Source: a virus
Direction: 5' to 3' (one strand)
Length of the DNA: 64,000 nucleotides
Virus record (IMG/VR): IMGVR_UViG_3300030328_002400
Span: 35,648-99,647 of that record
Positions 18,951 through 28,305 of the stretch are shown here, one piece after another (the first letter of the stretch is position 1; each line of letters opens with the position of its first letter). The translations under genes were made by a program, and so were the position numbers. A model generated the notes under the pieces. It saw nothing but the letters and a program-made list of their open reading frames with translations. It had not been told where the DNA came from and searched no databases.

Positions 18951-21900
18951 TGGCATTAACACCAGGCAAAGCAAAGAAAATGTTAGACGATGGAACTGTC
19001 CATGGGAGAGGTCTGACTGATAAGCAGAAGAGATACTTCGGTGCTATAGCTGGAGGTGCAACACCTATGAAAAAGATTAACGGTGGTTGGTTAGATAAGT
19101 ATGCAATGGGAGGCACACTTCCTGGTGCATCCGGTATGATGTATGCACGTACAAATACCCCAGAACCTTTGTATACTCAATCAGAAATGAAAGCTCAGAA
19201 GGGTACCAGAGAATTTCCTAGAGAATTTCCTAGAGAGATAGCTATAGATAATACAGCTGTTAGATCTATTAAAATTCCACCTCTAGAAAAGCCTGCAAAA
19301 AAACCACCGAAGCCTGATTACACACCTCTTCAGACATCCCCACCTAAGGTGTTACCAATGTTTAGTCAGGATAACAGAACTTATGAACAGAGAAAAGCAG
19401 ACGAACAAAGGTTTGCAGATGCTACATCAACAAACTTACCAAAAGGAGCAGCAGCTCTTACATATCTTGCTAATCCTTTTAGATTAATAGGTGATCTATA
19501 TAATAAAACTGTACAACCAGCAGCAACGAGTCTGTTTTCTACTTCTACACTACAACCTGCTACAGGAGATTTCTGGACTAGTGATGAGGTGGCAAAACAA
19601 CTTAACTTAAGAAACGTTCAAAGACAAACAGGTCAGATATCCTATGGAGATCAACTGTATGGAAACCTTATGCAAGGACTTCCTGAAACAGGATGGGCTG
19701 GACTAAATCTTTTAGGAGGTAGAATTATTCAAGGTGGTCTCCAGTATCTTCCTGGTAAATCTGTTATTCTCAATACGTTAAAAAGAATTCCAGGTTACAA
19801 TTATGTGAGAAACACATACAATTATTTTAAACGACCTTTGGGTGATGCTGTTCCTATAGGTAGAGAGATATCTATTCCATCTTTGCTTACTAGAGGTAAA
19901 ACTCCACCGAATAAACTTCTTACTAATCCTAAGGTGGATGCAGATAATTTTATGCAACAATGGACCAATTCTCCAGGGTTTAATGAAAGATTTTATTCTC
20001 AGATTAAGCCATATAATCCTTTACCTAATGTTCGACCAGAGACCATTAAAAGAACACTTGCAGCTAGACATAGAGAATTACAAGCCTTAGAATCGGAGTT
20101 ACTTACATATTCAGAGGCAGGACTACATAAAGCTCTTCCTAGAGGTAAGTATCTTCAACAACAAGTTGATGATCTTACAATGGAAATAAATCAGATATAT
20201 AATGTGTACTATCCAAAACTAGCAGCGGACAATATGAAATTAATACAGTCTGGTAAGTTTCCTACTGTGTATAGTAGTACAGGATTTACGCCTGGATCAG
20301 GTGGGACATATTATATACCCCATGCTGGTAAACCTTTAAATACTTTGGATAATATATTTGATACTACTAATCAAATAGGTAATAAGAGTGTTGTAAATAC
20401 TGGTGGTGGTGCTTCAAGAAATAGCGAGATGTTAACAGGTATACATGAAACTCTTGGTCATGCTAGTAATGTAGGTGGAAGAGCTTTAGGCATTGAGACA
20501 AAATCGTTAATTAAAGGAGCACTTAAACCAAATCCAAGAATATCAAAGGGAACCAGTGAGCAAATTAAATCGTTTCTTGGTCCAGATGCAACTTTTGATG
20601 ACTGGGCAAAATATTTACAAGAGCCTACAGAAATGGTTGCGAGAGTGATGGAGTTGAGAAGGCAATACATTAACCCAAAATACTGGGGAACTTCTAAACA
20701 ATATGATATACCAGATAAGTTAATTGACCAAATGTTTAGAGATGGACTTTCTGGTAAAAGTAAAATAACTCCAGACTTCTTTAGAGTAATAGATAAAAAA
20801 GGATTAAAGAAATTAATGCAATCATTATATGCTACAGTACCAATAGCTATAGGAGCTGATGGATTATTAGAGTATGAAACTCCTAGTTCAGAGATACAAC
20901 TACCGAAATATAAAGATGGTGGATGGCTCGATAAGTATGAAGTGATAGAAGATGACATGGGACAGTTAACCAACCCAGGAAAGATAACTAAAATAAACTC
21001 CCCCAATATAACTATGAAGGGAGTAGACTTTCCTGTGCTAGGAATATCTGACACTGGTGATAAGAAGATGATGCAACCAGGTAAAGATTACAAGTTTGAT
21101 GGTAACTCTGTTACAGAGTATCCTATGGCTCAAGGTGGTATGAATATACCTCTTAAAACGATTAATAAGTATGGCGAACTAGAAAGACTAACTTACCCAA
21201 GTAGTGTATGGAAAGACAAAGAAGGTAATCCTCAAGAAGTATCTCTTTTAGATGAAGTAGTTGTTGATTATAAAGGTCCTATAGCATTAGCTAAAGAACA
21301 AATGGAAGAGCATGGAATAGCTGATTTTCTAAAAGCAGGTTATGTTAAAGGTAAGTCTGAAAGAGCATATAATAATATAGTCCCTGAAGGTTATGGAAAC
21401 GTAGCAAAAAATCTTGATAGAGTCAGAAGATATAGAGGAGATCTAGGACGTGATCCAGAAGCTTTGTGGCATTCCGGCCCAAAAGATAATAAGAGACACT
21501 ACACTATACCTAACCGAGAAGATGCATTTAGACTATATCTAGGAATGCCACAAGTTAATAATAGTTTTTCTGTAAGTGATTACAGACCGGGTGACTCAAA
21601 AGATAAGAGTATGGTTTATTTAAAACCTACCTACTTTAATGATGAAAAGATTAGACAGGCATTAGTAGATCAGTATTATAGAGAAGTAGATGATGAAGAT
21701 ATTAAACTAGGTGATAAGGATATTGGTAATGAAAGAGGACTACCAAGAGGACAGTGGCAAGGAGATGGTACACCATGGCCTTCGCATGATAACTCTTTAG
21801 GAGATTTTACATTTCATATGGGAGAGGATGAAAAAGGAACTTACATATCTATATATGATATATGGGACTTGAATCCATTCCAACCGGGAAAAGGATCATC

Positions 21901-24900
21901 TGTAAATAAAGCAGCTGATCAACTGTTGGAATATGTTACCTCATTAGGGAAAAAAGTTACTTCAAAATCAGAAGTATCTGACATATTTGAAGCAGGAAAA
22001 CCCTTTGAAGTATATGAAAGAATATATATTGACCCAGAAACCAGGAAAATATTACCTCAAGCACAATGGGGTGGAATAATCAAACAAGGAATGAAAAAAC
22101 TTCCTAAATATTTAAAAAAATGGTTAGGTAAAACAGATGATGTAGTACCAGGACCAACCTCAGAAGTAAATTTTATAGATAATGTGCATAAGCAGCAACT
22201 TGATGATGTAAATAGAATAGTTGATTATGAATTGTATAATGCTAAAAATCCACCTACACTTCAAGATTTGGTCAATCATTATAATAAACAGAGTGGTGAT
22301 GTTACTAGTATATATAGATATGGTTTTGATAGAGATAGGATAGGTGGTACTTGGTATTCTTCTGACTTAGGAGATCCATTAAGATATCAGCAATATGGAA
22401 GAGGTGATGGAGTTTTTAAAGCAGATGTACCTAATGATATTTTAAGAGAAAGTTATAGAGGTTTGGTAAATAATGCAGATGCAGCGGCAGGTAAGATACC
22501 AGGTCTTGATCCAAGATTTTTTCAAAATTCTTTAACAAACTTTAAAGAATTTAAACTAACTGAAGGAATAGCTTCAGTATTTGCAGATGAAAAATTTGGA
22601 AAAAAGACTATTGAAGAATATATAGATTATTTAAAATCACTTAAAAAACAAGGAGGATCTATAATGGCTCAAGATGGTTTAGATTTAAGTGGTCAACATC
22701 AAAAAGATTTTTTAAAGAATTGGTTACACTCTCCTATGGGTCAACAATTATTAAGTAATAGCTATGATGGAAATGAAAATAAGACAGATTTTTTAACATT
22801 CAGAAGAGGTGATGTTGCATTAGATAATGTTACAATTGAAACAGGTCTTGGTGATTTTATGGGTAGATATAACAAAAGACCACATCTAATACAAATAAAT
22901 GAAAATTACTTAGACAAGTTTGCATACTCACCTGGTAAAGAACCTAAAGATGTATTACTACATGAACTATCACATGCTCAAGACTATGATGCAGGATTGG
23001 GTTTTGGTAAGTTGAATATGCCGTTATCAGATGTTAAGTTTATAGAAGGTCTAACTAAGAATAAAATAAAAGAAGATAAAAAAAGTTATAATCTTAGTAG
23101 AGATGAAATTAAAGACTTAAGGTATTATGGAAGTCCTACAGAGGTAAGAGCAAGACTTAATGCTCTTAGATATTTTTATGAAACAGATTTAGGTGGTGGT
23201 AAGAATGATGAAGGGTTACCAAGTATTTTTAATTCAGAGGTAACACCTGAGATGCAAGAAACTATGAAATCACATGGTCAGTATAGAGACTTAAAAAAAG
23301 TATATACTGATGATGAAATCTTACAACTTTTAAATACTATATCTTATCAAGATTCTGATTTTAATCAGGAAGCAGATAAGTTTATATATGCAAGGTATGG
23401 TAAGGAACTACCTAAAGCTCAACAGGGTTTCTTCAGAAATCTTATAAAGAAGGGTGGTCCAAAAATTATGAAGTATCTTGATAATTTACTAGGCAAAACA
23501 GATGAGGTAGTAGAGGTTGCACCAGCAGCTGTTAAAAACTATGAAATGTTACCTATTAATAAAATAGATTACCCCACACACTATGGTACTACAGATACAC
23601 CAGGTGATGAGGTAATAACAAATGCTTTAGATATACTCAAGGCACAAGGAAAGTATACTGATGACGTAGGGTTTCAGATAAAAGATTTAGTAGGTGAGAA
23701 TATACAGTACTTAGGTAATCAAGGTGGTAGAACTATTGTTAATGTTCCATTACCAAATGGGAAGAGTCAAATGTTCTATAAATCTACTGACTTAGCAGGT
23801 AAAGGTACAGAGGGTCTTTGGCAACCCTATGCAGGTCATGCAAATATATTAGATTTTCCAGGACATGGAAAAGTTGAAAATTGGTTTATTAAAGATAGTG
23901 GATATAAAAATTGGTATGATAGTAAATCATTTAGAGACATAGCTGGTAACTTAGATAGAATAGCAGCAGAACAAGGATGGGATATGTCTGAACAAATACT
24001 AAAAAGTAAATTGAAACATGGTGGAGATTTACCAAAAGCTCAATGGGGTACATTTTTTAAAACCTTTTTAAAAAAAGCTCCTAAGCACGCTCCTAAGTAT
24101 ATAGATAATGTAGTCAAACCACAAAACTTTGATGACTTATTAAAATTGCCAGATGATGAGTTTGCAAAGTTTACTACTATGAGTAAAGATACATGGAAGC
24201 TGATAGGTAATCAAAAGCCTGATTATCAAAAAAGGCTGATGAATAACTATAAGAATATGTTTACTCCTAGTGATGATGCTGTCAATATAATTAAGAAAAG
24301 TAAAGAAGAATTAATAAGTTATTACAGAACACCAGAATATAGAACTAGATTAACAGAAGGTTTAAAAATATCAGATACAGAAGCAACTAAGTATATAGAT
24401 GATATGATAAAAGAAATGGATGAAGCTAATATTTTATTTAGTAATAAAAAATTACCTATGGACGGCTTAGCTCAGGGTGCATCAGGAAGTCCTAGAAGCA
24501 CCGTTACATTTACTGGTGCAATAAATGATATGAATGCTAATCAGTTAAGAACATTAGCATTGCATGAGTTTGGTCATGTGTCTTCATATGGTAAAAATTC
24601 TAATTTATTTAAGACATTTAAAGCTCCAAAGATTAGACCACGTACTAGGGACACATGGACTAAAGGAGGAAATAATGATCTGATACAATATTTTGATAAT
24701 CCAGATGAGGTTAGACAAAGAGGTATAGTTGCCTTAGATTATATGAAAAAGAATAATTTGTCTATTGATGATTTTATGAATATAAGTTATGATGATATAG
24801 TTAGAGGTACTTGGGATAAAAAAATACCAAAAGATATATTAGAACTTAGACAATACTATGATCCTAAACAAATGAAAGAATATCTTAAAAAAATGTATAC

Positions 24901-25780
24901 AATAGCAGTACCAGTAGGAGCATTTACTATGGGGGAGATGCAAGATGGAGGAGAACAAGTTCTTACTCAAGAAGACTGGGATAAGCTACCTATTATACAA
25001 ATGGAAAAAGATAATACAAATGTAGAAATACCTACTCTTCCATCTAGATATGAGGTTATAGGAAAAGAAATAATGGAATCTAATAAAGTTACAGGAATTA
25101 CTCCTGAATTATTATTTTCTCAAGCATGGGTAGAATCAAACTTAGACCCATCTATAAAAAATGATAAAGGTTATATGGGATTAGGGCAGATTGGGCAAGG
25201 TGTTATAGAAGATTATAAAAAGGCTAATAAAGTTTCTGAATTAGATCCATTTAATCCTCAAGATAATTACAATGTTCAGAACTGGTATATGAATAGGATA
25301 TATAATTCTGAATGGGTTGATAAACCAAATCAATTAGATGACGTAAGATTGGCAAAAACTCTAGCAGGGTATAGCTTAGGGCCTAAGAAAGCTAGAGAAT
25401 GGTTTACTAAATTTAAAAACGCAGGAAAAGATATCTATAATTCATTTGACTGGTTAGATGATTTACCTGATGAGACTAGTAAATATATTAAGATGATATT
25501 GCGGGGAGAAAATACTCAAAGAAGACCACGTGTCCAAGAGAATATCCAAGATGCTTTAATTAATGATGAGTATAAATCAATAAGAGATCTTTACTTTAAA
25601 CGTAAAGGTGGTGAAAACAAAATAATTAAAATATATAGTGACTATATAAATGGAAAAGTAGTAGATGAACAAAGTGAAAAAATATATGATAAACTAAACC
25701 GGATATATTTAAAAGATGCAAGAAAGGAAGGGATGAGCGTTCCTAATTATATTATGACTCATCTAGCAGATGATTCTTAA
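18950..25780 (+). CDS. Modular (polyvalent) cargo protein: three zincin-like modules, ART-like module, C-terminal lytic transglycosylase
   Basis: HETLGH..EPTEMVAR (20444/20621), HELSH..PTEVRAR (22961/23135), HEFGH..PDEVRQR (24563/24701); SLT motifs QAWVESN, GYMGLGQIG, LAGYSLGP. Confidence 0.7.
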   Translation: MALTPGKAKKMLDDGTVHGRGLTDKQKRYFGAIAGGATPMKKINGGWLDKYAMGGTLPGASGMMYARTNTPEPLYTQSEMKAQKGTREFPREFPREIAIDNTAVRSIKIPPLEKPAKKPPKPDYTPLQTSPPKVLPMFSQDNRTYEQRKADEQRFADATSTNLPKGAAALTYLANPFRLIGDLYNKTVQPAATSLFSTSTLQPATGDFWTSDEVAKQLNLRNVQRQTGQISYGDQLYGNLMQGLPETGWAGLNLLGGRIIQGGLQYLPGKSVILNTLKRIPGYNYVRNTYNYFKRPLGDAVPIGREISIPSLLTRGKTPPNKLLTNPKVDADNFMQQWTNSPGFNERFYSQIKPYNPLPNVRPETIKRTLAARHRELQALESELLTYSEAGLHKALPRGKYLQQQVDDLTMEINQIYNVYYPKLAADNMKLIQSGKFPTVYSSTGFTPGSGGTYYIPHAGKPLNTLDNIFDTTNQIGNKSVVNTGGGASRNSEMLTGIHETLGHASNVGGRALGIETKSLIKGALKPNPRISKGTSEQIKSFLGPDATFDDWAKYLQEPTEMVARVMELRRQYINPKYWGTSKQYDIPDKLIDQMFRDGLSGKSKITPDFFRVIDKKGLKKLMQSLYATVPIAIGADGLLEYETPSSEIQLPKYKDGGWLDKYEVIEDDMGQLTNPGKITKINSPNITMKGVDFPVLGISDTGDKKMMQPGKDYKFDGNSVTEYPMAQGGMNIPLKTINKYGELERLTYPSSVWKDKEGNPQEVSLLDEVVVDYKGPIALAKEQMEEHGIADFLKAGYVKGKSERAYNNIVPEGYGNVAKNLDRVRRYRGDLGRDPEALWHSGPKDNKRHYTIPNREDAFRLYLGMPQVNNSFSVSDYRPGDSKDKSMVYLKPTYFNDEKIRQALVDQYYREVDDEDIKLGDKDIGNERGLPRGQWQGDGTPWPSHDNSLGDFTFHMGEDEKGTYISIYDIWDLNPFQPGKGSSVNKAADQLLEYVTSLGKKVTSKSEVSDIFEAGKPFEVYERIYIDPETRKILPQAQWGGIIKQGMKKLPKYLKKWLGKTDDVVPGPTSEVNFIDNVHKQQLDDVNRIVDYELYNAKNPPTLQDLVNHYNKQSGDVTSIYRYGFDRDRIGGTWYSSDLGDPLRYQQYGRGDGVFKADVPNDILRESYRGLVNNADAAAGKIPGLDPRFFQNSLTNFKEFKLTEGIASVFADEKFGKKTIEEYIDYLKSLKKQGGSIMAQDGLDLSGQHQKDFLKNWLHSPMGQQLLSNSYDGNENKTDFLTFRRGDVALDNVTIETGLGDFMGRYNKRPHLIQINENYLDKFAYSPGKEPKDVLLHELSHAQDYDAGLGFGKLNMPLSDVKFIEGLTKNKIKEDKKSYNLSRDEIKDLRYYGSPTEVRARLNALRYFYETDLGGGKNDEGLPSIFNSEVTPEMQETMKSHGQYRDLKKVYTDDEILQLLNTISYQDSDFNQEADKFIYARYGKELPKAQQGFFRNLIKKGGPKIMKYLDNLLGKTDEVVEVAPAAVKNYEMLPINKIDYPTHYGTTDTPGDEVITNALDILKAQGKYTDDVGFQIKDLVGENIQYLGNQGGRTIVNVPLPNGKSQMFYKSTDLAGKGTEGLWQPYAGHANILDFPGHGKVENWFIKDSGYKNWYDSKSFRDIAGNLDRIAAEQGWDMSEQILKSKLKHGGDLPKAQWGTFFKTFLKKAPKHAPKYIDNVVKPQNFDDLLKLPDDEFAKFTTMSKDTWKLIGNQKPDYQKRLMNNYKNMFTPSDDAVNIIKKSKEELISYYRTPEYRTRLTEGLKISDTEATKYIDDMIKEMDEANILFSNKKLPMDGLAQGASGSPRSTVTFTGAINDMNANQLRTLALHEFGHVSSYGKNSNLFKTFKAPKIRPRTRDTWTKGGNNDLIQYFDNPDEVRQRGIVALDYMKKNNLSIDDFMNISYDDIVRGTWDKKIPKDILELRQYYDPKQMKEYLKKMYTIAVPVGAFTMGEMQDGGEQVLTQEDWDKLPIIQMEKDNTNVEIPTLPSRYEVIGKEIMESNKVTGITPELLFSQAWVESNLDPSIKNDKGYMGLGQIGQGVIEDYKKANKVSELDPFNPQDNYNVQNWYMNRIYNSEWVDKPNQLDDVRLAKTLAGYSLGPKKAREWFTKFKNAGKDIYNSFDWLDDLPDETSKYIKMILRGENTQRRPRVQENIQDALINDEYKSIRDLYFKRKGGENKIIKIYSDYINGKVVDEQSEKIYDKLNRIYLKDARKEGMSVPNYIMTHLADDS

Positions 25781-25810
25781 ACCTTAAATATTAGTGAATC
25801 TCCTTAATTA

Positions 25811-25829
25811 TTTGTATATTAATATTATA
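25811..25829 (+). promoter_or_regulatory. Conserved 19-bp intergenic motif (candidate phage late promoter)
   Basis: TTTGTATATTAATATTATA; 2 mismatches to the copies at 60982 and 61057. Confidence 0.5.
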
Positions 25830-25831
25830 AT

Positions 25832-28303
25832 ATGAGCAAAGTGAATTTAAACAAAATAAGTGTAAAACAACAAGGCGGACAGATGATTCCACAACAACCT
25901 GGAATGAGAAATCAAACACAACAAGTTGATCCTAGAGTACAACAAGTTAGTGAAATGATTTCTATGTCTATGAATGATGGAAAAGATATTGTTGATGTTA
26001 TATTAGAATTGACTCAACAAGAAGTAGATCAGCAACTTATAGCTCAAGCACTTATGATGGGGGGAATGCAACAAGAAGATGTTCAAACTGTATTTGAACA
26101 AGTGGCAGTAAAAGCTGAACCACCTGGTCCTTCCAGCCCATCTGAAGTAAATGCTAATCCACAATTATTAGCAAGAAATGAAGAACTAGAATCTCAACCA
26201 GTAGATGTATTAGAAGGTATAGAAACTGATCCTTTTGCAAAGTCAGGTATAGAAATTAAAAAAGAAAATAGAGGAAAGTTTACTAAATGGGCTAAAGCAC
26301 GTGGTATGGGCGTACAGGAAGCTGCTAGAAAGGTTTTAGCTAATAAAGATAAGTATCCTCCATCTGTAGTAAAGATGGCTAATTTTGCACGTAATGCAGC
26401 TAAATGGAAAAAGGATGAAGGTGGTGAAATGGACTATACAGAACAAATGAGATTAAAAGAAGGCTCATATAATAAAGGTAGAGAACATATTTTAGATCCT
26501 AGATTTAGACAAGATGGTGGTGGTGTTGATGATATTAAGGGGGTGCTTAATAATCTAGCCGCTAGTACATATGCAGGTTATCAGGCGGTTGAACCTTATA
26601 TAACTGTACAAGATGATGATGCCCAATGGCAAAAATATATAAAAAATCATCTGAATCCAGTATATTGGGCAGATAACCTTCTACAAATATCTAGTATACC
26701 TGCTAATTTGATTAGAGAAGGTATAGAAGGAATAGGTGGAAAGGGAGATGGAAAATTTAATGCGGGTGATATTTTACCAGATCTATATAATACTACCATT
26801 ATGGATGAGAATGCAAACAATAAACTGGTTTCTGAAACATTAGGTATAGATAATTTCGTGGGTGCTACATTAATAGATCTGGCATTAGATCCTACAAGTT
26901 ATGTTGGTCTAGGAATACTTAAAAATCTAGGTACAAAAGGTTTAGCAAAACTTTCCAGAAAATTTCCACAACTGGTTAAACACATTCCTCAATTAGCAAA
27001 ACAAGATGGTGGTGACATAAGAACTCCCAGCTTTTTAGAATGGTATGAAGATGGCGGAGATACAGATGTAAGTCAAAACTATATTAATAATGAAACAACT
27101 ACTACTGGTGGTGGAATAAATTTAAGTGATTGGAATCAAAGAGCATTATTAGCTGGATCAACTAGTAATAATATATTATCAGATGCTATTTTTACTGCAT
27201 CAGATATTTATAATGAATTATTTTCTGGAGAAAGAGGAATTAGTGGTTTACAGAAAGGAGCTTTGCGTGGATGGGATGAGAAAGCCAATTATAATAAAAT
27301 GGTAGCACCTTTATATTATAATTGGGATCTTAATGTAGATACTTCTGATGAAAATGTTAATGCTTTAGCAGCTTATTATAAAAAGGTTGGTGAAGATACA
27401 ATAGCACAAACAGAAGCTAATCAAGCAGCAGCAGATGCTGAGATAGCAGCAACATATGAAGGAATGAATTTAGATGGAATAGACTTAGCTAGTATCCTTA
27501 GTGGAAAACCTGTTGTAACTGCTAAGACTAAGCAAGAATCTATAAACTCTATAGATAAAGATGGTGATGGTATTCCAGATATGATTGATATTGATGGAGG
27601 AGATGGTTCAGGTATAGCACCTAAACAATGGGGAGGTGACTTTAATCCATATGATCCAGATTTTGATATAGCTGATTACTTACAACAGTTTACTCAAACA
27701 GATTATGTGAGAGATACTCAAAATGTAGCTGATGCACAATTACAAAAAAGATTTCCTGATTTAGGTCTTACACCTCAACAAGAACAAAATCAACAATTTG
27801 TAGATAATTTAGAAACTCAAGCTGTAAATCAAAATATTGACAATGAAGAAGAGGTGGTGGTTGAACCTACTGCTGAAGAGTTATGGGATGCAGTTAATAA
27901 ACCAGAACTAGAAGCATCAAATAAACTAGAAGGAACATTGAATAGAGTTATGGATAGTAATGTAATGAGAGGGTTTAGTAGTTTATCAGATTCTGCAGTT
28001 AAAGCAGCTGGATTTTTTAATAGATTATATGAACAAGAAGAGGCTGATAAAGCTTATGAGGATAGAGCAGACGCTCTTATGGCAGATAATCTCGTTGCTA
28101 CTGTAACTAGTGATGCAGGTGATTTAGGTAATTGGAAAACAAATTGGGGATCATTTCGTAGTACAAAAGATAGAGTTACTGGTTATGATGAATTTTTTGA
28201 ACAACCAAATCTGAGAGTTGCTCAAAGAGGATTAGAAATAGAAGTAGATCAAAATTTATTAACGGAATTGATAGCAGCAGGTGCTGATATAGAAATATTA
28301 TAA
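25832..28303 (+). CDS. Acidic modular internal virion/cargo protein
   Basis: Multiple xQxGG motifs; basic KKENRGKFTKW...ANFARNAAKW module; DKDGDGIPDMIDID Ca-binding-like loop. Confidence 0.6.
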   Translation: MSKVNLNKISVKQQGGQMIPQQPGMRNQTQQVDPRVQQVSEMISMSMNDGKDIVDVILELTQQEVDQQLIAQALMMGGMQQEDVQTVFEQVAVKAEPPGPSSPSEVNANPQLLARNEELESQPVDVLEGIETDPFAKSGIEIKKENRGKFTKWAKARGMGVQEAARKVLANKDKYPPSVVKMANFARNAAKWKKDEGGEMDYTEQMRLKEGSYNKGREHILDPRFRQDGGGVDDIKGVLNNLAASTYAGYQAVEPYITVQDDDAQWQKYIKNHLNPVYWADNLLQISSIPANLIREGIEGIGGKGDGKFNAGDILPDLYNTTIMDENANNKLVSETLGIDNFVGATLIDLALDPTSYVGLGILKNLGTKGLAKLSRKFPQLVKHIPQLAKQDGGDIRTPSFLEWYEDGGDTDVSQNYINNETTTTGGGINLSDWNQRALLAGSTSNNILSDAIFTASDIYNELFSGERGISGLQKGALRGWDEKANYNKMVAPLYYNWDLNVDTSDENVNALAAYYKKVGEDTIAQTEANQAAADAEIAATYEGMNLDGIDLASILSGKPVVTAKTKQESINSIDKDGDGIPDMIDIDGGDGSGIAPKQWGGDFNPYDPDFDIADYLQQFTQTDYVRDTQNVADAQLQKRFPDLGLTPQQEQNQQFVDNLETQAVNQNIDNEEEVVVEPTAEELWDAVNKPELEASNKLEGTLNRVMDSNVMRGFSSLSDSAVKAAGFFNRLYEQEEADKAYEDRADALMADNLVATVTSDAGDLGNWKTNWGSFRSTKDRVTGYDEFFEQPNLRVAQRGLEIEVDQNLLTELIAAGADIEIL

Positions 28304-28305
28304 TT

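Noticed and set aside
19208-19236. 12-bp tandem duplication AGAGAATTTCCT (REFP x2)
   Set aside because: Small in-frame slippage in a linker; no sign of function
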